Positions 1-6,900 of a stretch of DNA of 16,473 bases are shown piece after piece. This DNA is from Azolla caroliniana (taxonomy: Eukaryota; Plantae; Polypodiophyta), in contig JBHGNT010000746.1 in the NCBI GenBank assembly GCA_043228905.1, positions 1 to 16,473 on the forward strand. Reading direction: 5' to 3'. The notes under the pieces were generated by a model that saw only the letters and a list, made by a program, of their open reading frames with translations, was not told the origin of the DNA and did not search any database. A program made the position numbers and the translations under genes. The first letter of the stretch is position 1; the number at the start of each line of letters is the position of its first letter.

Positions 1-1886
1 ATCATGTTATCATAGTCCATGCTGGGAGGCTCTCCAGAGCTAAATGGATTGGGCCGTTCTTTTTTCAGTTGTTGTATTTTTCGCTTGATCCACGGGATGG
101 GAGCCAATAGATCATAAGATATACCCAAGAAAGCACTTGTGATAAGAAAGGCAGTCGCTGACAAGCACGAATTTGCAAGGAAAGACGAGCTCATGTATTG
201 CTCAATATCCTTGCATGCTGTCCCCTCCTCATAACAATCCTTCACATGAAGTAGCATAGATTCCAAAGAGGTCTCCAAAAGTCCCCTTAGAATGATCAAA
301 TTGACAAGAAAGAATAGAACAGTCTTTGCCAGAGCTGCTCGTTGCTCGCCAGACAGTGTCAAATGGCTCTCAAAGCTCGAAAGATATGCTAATGTGGCTG
401 GGATGACGAAATACATGCTCACAAAGACCAGGAGATTGGGCAAAAACTGCACAATTATTGCCGCCGCCCAACTCGAGCTTTGAACCCAAACTAGCCAAGT
501 GTGGAAATAATCCATGGCTTCAGGATTTATCAACCTCCCAACATTATGAAGGGCAGTAAGCACTGCCAGAGGTGAGCTTAAGAAGAAAAGCAGCATCAGA
601 AGAAAGGTATTCACAATAACCCGTCGAACCAACCTTGATAAGGTGGTGCTACCCAAATGATGCCAATAAATATCTCTTGCCGGGGGAGCCCTCTCTACCT
701 TCCACCGTCTTTTTCCCAATTCCAAATCCATAGTAGAAAAGTCCCCTCCTTTCCGTATAGACCGAATATCTTGTAAAGCTCGGCTTGCAGTGCGCAAGTC
801 CTTGAAAACCACAAAAGCGATTCCCGCTCCTTGTGCTGTACCCTCTTTATAAGGTAAAAGCTTACTCTCGAGATCTAAGCATTGCTCATGCAGCTTAGCT
901 ATGATATCATCTTCTCCACATCCACCACAAGCTAAGAACCATACCCAAACTTGTCTTAGAATAGATTTACAAGCCCGCCAACTCTGGCGTAGCCATGATA
1001 GGCGGGTCCTTGTAGCTCCTATCAAGTTTACAAAGCCATCAACACGAACTTTTGAGTTGATTCGAGCTTCTTCTTCTTCTTCCTCTTCTTCGTGAACAAA
1101 GATCCGATCACGTTCCCTTGCCATTAACCAAGACAAGTGCTTCCTTGTCTTTATCAGTCTTCTTTCTAGTGCATAAAACGTAGACAAATCAGGAGGCACA
1201 ACTACGCGAAAGACTTTGCCAGGGTACCGATGCTCAAAGAAGTCCTGCAAAGGCGTCTTATTGGCTGACAAGCTCCTCGGAATCCGATGCACCATGAGTG
1301 TGAAAGCAGACACACAATCACCATCTGGCCTAGTACTTGGGACTTGTTTCCCATAGATCTCTCTAATGCATAGATGCATTATACACACAACAAGGACCAT
1401 GAAAGCATAATGCCACCATAATAAGGTTGAAGCTTTTTCTATATGAATGACTGTGGATCTTGAGAATTGATCTTGAAGAGGTACTGACCCACCATATATG
1501 TTTAGTGGCAAAAGTACAAGCAGGGCGACCAATGAGATGGCAAGAAAGCCGAGAAATGTATATGCTTCAACGGCAAGGAATTGGGGGGCGTTGGCACCCG
1601 AAAGTATGGCAATTTGGGCACCAGTAGCATGCCACACAGACAACAGCTTTGGTCCTGGATATTTGTGATCACTTCTTAACTTCACCACGAGGAAGAGAAA
1701 GACACAACAAATTGCACCGATCACTGATATGTTGATGAGATACTGAATATTCCCATACCAATTGTGTGGTGAATCTGAATCCGAATCTGAACCTGATTGT
1801 GCTTGTGATTCCGATTCCTCGTGAAATCTTTTAAAAATGAGAAAGAGGGGGAGTAGGACGTTATTACCTATTGTTTGAAGCACCAT
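1..1886 (-). CDS. OSCA4.1: CSC1-like / OSCA4.1-clade osmo/mechanosensitive cation channel (TMEM63/ERD4 family); intronless in window, 3' end runs off window edge
   Basis: Manual translation of the minus strand from ATG at 1886 gives MVLQTIGNN...SPHNWYGNIQYLINISVIGAICCVFLFLVVKLRSDH...YPGKVFRVVVPPDL...YKEGTAQGAGIAFVVFKD...WKVERAPPARDIYWHHLG...QFLPNLLVFVSMYFVIP...HLTLSGEQRAALAKTVLFFLVNLII...FLGISYDLLAPIPWIKRKIQQLKK. These blocks match my recollection of Arabidopsis At4g35870 (OSCA4.1/GFS10). The same frame holds at both ends (about 628 codons) and is still open at position 3. An upstream in-frame stop lies near 1945. Confidence 0.95.
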   Translation of the reverse strand, partial: MVLQTIGNNVLLPLFLIFKRFHEESESQAQSGSDSDSDSPHNWYGNIQYLINISVIGAICCVFLFLVVKLRSDHKYPGPKLLSVWHATGAQIAILSGANAPQFLAVEAYTFLGFLAISLVALLVLLPLNIYGGSVPLQDQFSRSTVIHIEKASTLLWWHYAFMVLVVCIMHLCIREIYGKQVPSTRPDGDCVSAFTLMVHRIPRSLSANKTPLQDFFEHRYPGKVFRVVVPPDLSTFYALERRLIKTRKHLSWLMARERDRIFVHEEEEEEEEARINSKVRVDGFVNLIGATRTRLSWLRQSWRACKSILRQVWVWFLACGGCGEDDIIAKLHEQCLDLESKLLPYKEGTAQGAGIAFVVFKDLRTASRALQDIRSIRKGGDFSTMDLELGKRRWKVERAPPARDIYWHHLGSTTLSRLVRRVIVNTFLLMLLFFLSSPLAVLTALHNVGRLINPEAMDYFHTWLVWVQSSSWAAAIIVQFLPNLLVFVSMYFVIPATLAYLSSFESHLTLSGEQRAALAKTVLFFLVNLIILRGLLETSLESMLLHVKDCYEEGTACKDIEQYMSSSFLANSCLSATAFLITSAFLGISYDLLAPIPWIKRKIQQLKKERPNPFSSGEPPSMDYDNM

Positions 1887-1961
1887 GCTTGAAGCTGAAG
1901 ATGGAGAAACAGAATAAGCCTTTGATTTCGAAACTCTAAAACATCAAATTATATCCTAGGG

Positions 1962-2400
1962 TTGGAAACTCCAAATTTTCCTCCTGGGAAGGAAAAGGAG
2001 GAGTTTTGGAACCCTAAATTTTCAATCTGGGAAGTAGTAGGGGGAGGGTGTTGGAAGTCTGACTTTTCGTCTGGTTTCGGAAACCTAAAAAAAATTCATC
2101 CTGGAAAAAACAGGGAAGGACTATGGGAACCTAATTCTTCATCTGGGCACAACAGATGGAGGTTTCCGATCCTTTAACTTTTTTCATCTTGTAAAGGGAA
2201 AGGGAGTTGGAACCCTAATTTTCCATCTGGGCAGAACAAGGGGGAGGGGTTCTCGGGAACCCTAATCCCCCAGGAGAGGGAGGGGCACCCTACTTTTTTT
2301 CCATCCTGAGAGAGGAGCAGGGGAGGGTTCTAGATCCCTGATCTTCTCATATGGCCAAAGGACATGGGGGGGATTCCAAAACCCTAAAAAGTTTTCTTCT
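1962..2400. repeat. Degenerate ~44-bp tandem array (about 11 units) with telo-box-like AACCCTA core
   Basis: Recurrent unit approximately GGAACCCTAA-TTTTCATCTGGG-(purine-rich, GGGGAGGG)-TT. ACCCTA/ACCTA cores occur near 2011, 2083, 2129, 2212, 2259, 2287 and 2381, with more degenerate copies near 1965, 2053, 2168 and 2333. Confidence 0.8.
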
Positions 2401-3467
2401 CAATGCATCAGAGAAGAAGAAGAAGATATACAGAGGATATACAGCATATATGTATGTATGATGGACCATGATGCTTAAATCCCACTTTGTTTGGCAATCT
2501 GTGCGGGTCGGGGACACTCGTGGGGGCCACCACCGGCCACCGACTACGGACAACCCGAGAAAGGTCCTTGTGGCTCACACGAGGTATTTGTGAGCACATC
2601 CTCGATATATGATTGGGACGGGACGGTAAACCTCCTCTGTAGGCAGGCTGCCACAACTGGGGGTCGATTTTACGATTACGAGATAAAAGACAAACGATGG
2701 CATATATCCATAACATCGTGGACAAGGTTTCTGATTCATATATATATTATTATATACATATACATATTTGGTCTGAGATATGGGGCATCACATCTCTTGC
2801 GATGCCTTCTTCGTAAACTCCCTGGACATTTTGTGCGTAGATGTAAAAAAAATAAATGATGTTTACCAAAAACTAACTTCACATTCATCATAAAAAGACA
2901 TTCACGTGTGCATTGGTGGATGGAGGAGAGAGTTACGAGGGCGTGGGAAATCAAAAAGCCCATAACATGGATGGTGAAATGTATATGGGCACTTTGACTG
3001 GTCAACAATCCCATCTTTTGTTGAGAGCTAGAGTCATTTTCATTGCAGGGTGGGTTATATGATGAGTGAGCGGATCTATCCTTCGGAGATGGCTTTGAGG
3101 GAAAAGGAATAGAATGGAGCGGAACGTGCATGTGTCACTGGAACATAACACACATCGTTTTATCACTTTACCGGTGTCATGATATATGTCCAGACAAAAC
3201 CATCGGCTTTGCTGCCATTACTCAGGTCGGGGTTTCTTTCAAAGTTCCCATTTCTATCAGTGTTTCCTCGGGTTGGGTTGGAGTGGCCTTCGTCACAAGT
3301 TGAAACGGGGTTTCCGCTTTCTCGTATTTCTTCTTCTATCCATGGCTTTCCCAGCCCACCCACCATTTTCTAATACAATGGCAAAAAAGAAGGATGGAAA
3401 AAGCAGAAAACTACATTTACAAATTACATACAGTAGTGTGTATCTGGCCTGGCCAAAACGCAGAAAC

Positions 3468-3505
3468 GCAAAAAGCAAAAGGCAAAAAGCAAAAAGCAAA
3501 AAGCA
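3468..3505 (+). repeat. (GCAAAAA)n heptamer microsatellite, about 5 copies
   Basis: gcaaaaagcaaaaggcaaaaagcaaaaagcaaaaagca read directly. Confidence 0.85.
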
Positions 3506-3659
3506 GACAATACATATGTATCAGCACATTCAAGGTGTTTGTTGATCGAAGTTTCGAACTAACAGAGTCAGTCCTTCTCTTATTTGTCAAGAAGGAACGA
3601 CCATTTCCTCCTCTTCTTCTGTCTCGGCATCTACCTCTGCCTCTGTTTGTGTGTATTTT

Positions 3660-3698
3660 GAGAGAGAGAGACAGAGACAGAGACAGAGGAAGAGAGAG
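3660..3698 (+). repeat. (GA)n/(GAGACA)n microsatellite in the probable DOK1 5' UTR
   Basis: gagagagagagacagagacagagacagaggaagagagag, about 40 nt upstream of the ATG. Confidence 0.85.
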
Positions 3699-3737
3699 TT
3701 CTTCTTCAATAAAAGGCATCGGAGAAGAAAGAGATTG

Positions 3738-3928
3738 ATGGAACCTATGGCCATGGATGGTCTCATGGAAATCTTCATCATGTCTCTTGTTCTCGCCCGC
3801 CTTATCTTCTCTCTAATTGGTCACGGTTTCTTCATCGAGTTCTCCATCCTCATCTTCCTCAGTCTCTCTGCCTTCTTTGTGGAATTTCAATCCTCTCACA
3901 GCAATAAGCTCAGGATTTTCAATCCCAG
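3738..3928 (+). CDS. DOK1: Dolichol kinase exon 1
   Basis: MEPMAMDG...LSLSAFFVEFQ...FNP; donor AG|gtatgt. The start could be any of several in-frame ATGs. Confidence 0.85.
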
Positions 3929-6900
3929 GTATGTTTTTATTTTTATTTTTCATTCTTTGCAGGAACAATTCAGTATATGTACATGCACATGTGTACATTT
4001 GTTTCTTTGTGAATTTTTTCGTTTCAACGGGATAAAGGGGGATGTGTAGATAAATAATCCATTTCTATGTTTAATGAAATAAAAAGAAATTCCATATGTG
4101 AAGTTATGATTTCTCATGGATCCAGGGGGGATTTGTGGGTATATATAGTCCATTTTTGCATTCGTTGAAAGGCATAATAAATTAAGATTCAATTCACTAT
4201 CTCTATGAATTATGGTTTTTTTCATGCATTTAAGGAAAACACAAATTCACTTTCTCTTTATGGAATTGCCTTCTTTCATGTAACACAGGGGAATATGAAA
4301 TTAAGTAATCCATCAAAATGAATAAAGAAGATACTTTGTCTGCAAAACTCAACTTTTTTGAGAAACACATGGAGATGTGTAGATCATTCATTGAAAAGAA
4401 AAACAATGTACTCTCTCTTGCTCTTTCTCACTCTTGAGGAATTTTGCTTTTCATTGAACAAGGGATATGTAGATATTATCTATGTATGACTATTGTTACA
4501 AATGCATTAAAAGAAGAAATGATTTACTTTCGACTTTTTTCATAGAGCAGGGATGCATAGATAATCTTATTTATGAATATCTTTGCATGCATTTGATGTA
4601 ATGTTGATTGCCCATGGATATGTTGAACACTATGGTCATTGCCTATATGTAAATAATCCCTGTATGACTGTGTTTACACAAATTCATTGAAATGAAAAAT
4701 CAATACTTTCTATAAAAATCTGCCCTCCATGAAATAAGGGATGTGTAGAAAATCTCTCTATTTGACCATTTATGCACATTCCTTCAAATTAAAATCCATT
4801 CACTTACTGCTTTTCATGGAACAGAGGATGTTTAGATCATCTTTGCATGACCACATATTTGCATCCATTGAATATATACTTTTTGTTTTTTACTGGCATA
4901 TAGGAGATGTGTAGATAAATACTCCAGTTTTGGCATCACTTGAAAGAAAACAATCGATACTCTCTCTCTCTCTCTGTGAAATTCTGCTTTTTATGGAACA
5001 GGGGATGTATGGATCTGCATGCATTTGATGTTTTGAGAACTTGATGTACTGTTGATTTACCCATTTAAAGCATCAAATGTCAGGTATTACGTTCTCCCTT
5101 CAGAAGTGCTGAAAACTTTGTTTCCAGGGACATGGGAAGAAAGGCGATGCTTGTCCATGTGATTATTTTCTCTGTTGATGTTTTGAGCACTTGAGTAAGC
5201 GCTGATTACTCATGTATAGGTGACTCTGCTGCAAATCTATACCCCCTGAGTTATGATTCCAATGAAATCGTAGAGATTGAGATGTGTAGATATCTTCATC
5301 CGACCATTTATGTACATTTGGCATTTAGATGTAATGTTTATTCGCCTTATCAAATACCAATCGTGATGTTCTCTCTTCAAAACTGCATCCATAATGATGA
5401 TGTGCATGCTTTTCATGTTTTTGAACCCTTGATGAAATGTTTTGATGGCCCATTGATGTCTTAAACACTTGTTGTATATGCTGATTATTGCCAGAAATAC
5501 TGTATGGAAAAGATCCAGAATTTTATTTGTTAACAGCAGATATATCTCTAGCAATATAATCTCCCATATCACAAATCATGTTTGTTACTGACATTTAGAA
5601 AATGATGGTGTCAGAGTAGGAACCTTGTCTGGGATCTACACAGGAGCTCTCACCATACCATGTGTACTTGCTGCCCAAATGATCCAACATCACAGAATAA
5701 TTGCAGTGGCATCAAACTTAAATGGTAATGAAAAGGATACATTTTTTAAGTCCGTGCAACATGAAAGTTGCTGAGGCGTATATAATCAACGATTTAAAGT
5801 GAGGTCGAGTAGACATGTATAGAACTAATTGTATGTGCTGTATCTACAGACATACATGTGCATATGTCTTTTTGATTGGTCTTCTTCATTCCATTGGCAC
5901 TTCCATTTTTGAGCTTTCAGTTCTCAATTTATTTAAAATTTCAGCTTCATCTTGTATGACAAGACTTGAACAAAGTAAATTTTTTGATAAACTTTGTGTT
6001 GTGATTTAAATTCTCGAGTGTGTAATATGATATACCACTATTTTCTAGATGTAGGCATAACTAAGGGCTAATTGTAGTAGAAAAGGAAGAAAATAAGGAA
6101 TGATACAGAAGTATCGCGAAGATTGTATAGTAGACTGTCATCAGAGAAGGCCAACAAGAGAGAACCCCAAAAGATCAAACTAAAAATATGGGGAATATAA
6201 ATAAGCTGAATAAAACCAGAAATGGTGTTATGCTGATGCTTTATGTGATTTGTTTGAAATTTGTAGGAGTTAGTTTTTATTGAAATTTATGGGACTAATG
6301 ATTATTAAATAGCACATACAGTTGACCATTATTTATATTAGAGAATTTGAAAACCATTGTGTTTCATTTTCTAGGTTATGAAGATTTTAGGTCCAAGTTT
6401 TGGGCTGCAGTTGCTTCTAGCATGGGCTTGCTTATATATGTATGGACAAACTTAAAGGGTTATATATCATCAATAAACAATACAATCACTGATAGAAGCT
6501 CAATAATCTCTTCAAAATCTACAATATTATGGACAGCTCTTTCCACAGTCATACTATCTATTGGTGAGTCATCGCGGATCTCAATCTTAAGAATATGGTA
6601 TGTCTGACATACTGTAAAAAATGTACATGTTTTTCACTGTCCTCTTTATTGCAGCTCTTTCTTTTCCTATCAAGATTGTGAATGTTGCTTCGGTTGTTGT
6701 ACTTAGCACATGGCTTCTCCAGTATGGAGTCCATGCTTTCCCGGGTTGCACTTCATTAGGTTCCATCTTTCCCTATCCATTAATATATTATTTTAACCTT
6801 ATATATGCACAGTTAATTATAGATTATCTTTCAAAATAGTGACATTCTGTATATTTATTTATGATGTGATTTTTGTTGTGAATATAGGAGAGGCCATGCT

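Larger units (their letters stand above)
1887..3737. promoter_or_regulatory. Divergent intergenic region holding the promoters and 5' leaders of OSCA4.1 (-) and DOK1 (+)
   Basis: Lies between two divergent start codons. Contains a CTT/Y-patch on the minus strand (2410-2425), ACCGAC DRE core (2539-2544), G-box CACGTG (2903-2908), paired W-boxes (2994-3005), site II-like AGCCCA (~2957, ~3353) and a GA repeat (3660-3698). Individual motifs are short and unproven. Confidence 0.6.

Noticed and set aside
292-1095. Plus-strand ORFs 292-483 and 901-1095
   Set aside because: Antisense shadows of the OSCA4.1 CDS with no recognisable motifs.
1962-2177. 71-aa ORF with repeated W.P.FS.W-like pattern
   Set aside because: Starts at TTG and simply translates the 44-bp DNA repeat; units drift out of frame.
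1962-2400. CRISPR-like repeat/spacer appearance (also considered for 4000-5030 and 9081-9293)
   Set aside because: Eukaryotic locus with no cas genes; the repeats are degenerate and the 'spacers' resemble each other.
2347-3781. Many overlapping 60-130 aa ORFs in the intergenic region
   Set aside because: Low-complexity translations of microsatellites on both strands with no family motifs.
5080-5091. 12-nt match (TCAGGTATTACG) to the exon 10 acceptor region
   Set aside because: Similarity does not extend; consistent with chance.
5598-5614. Alternative AG acceptor at 5598 for exon 2 (likewise 7194 for exon 7)
   Set aside because: Both are out of frame; the 5598 site gives an immediate stop.
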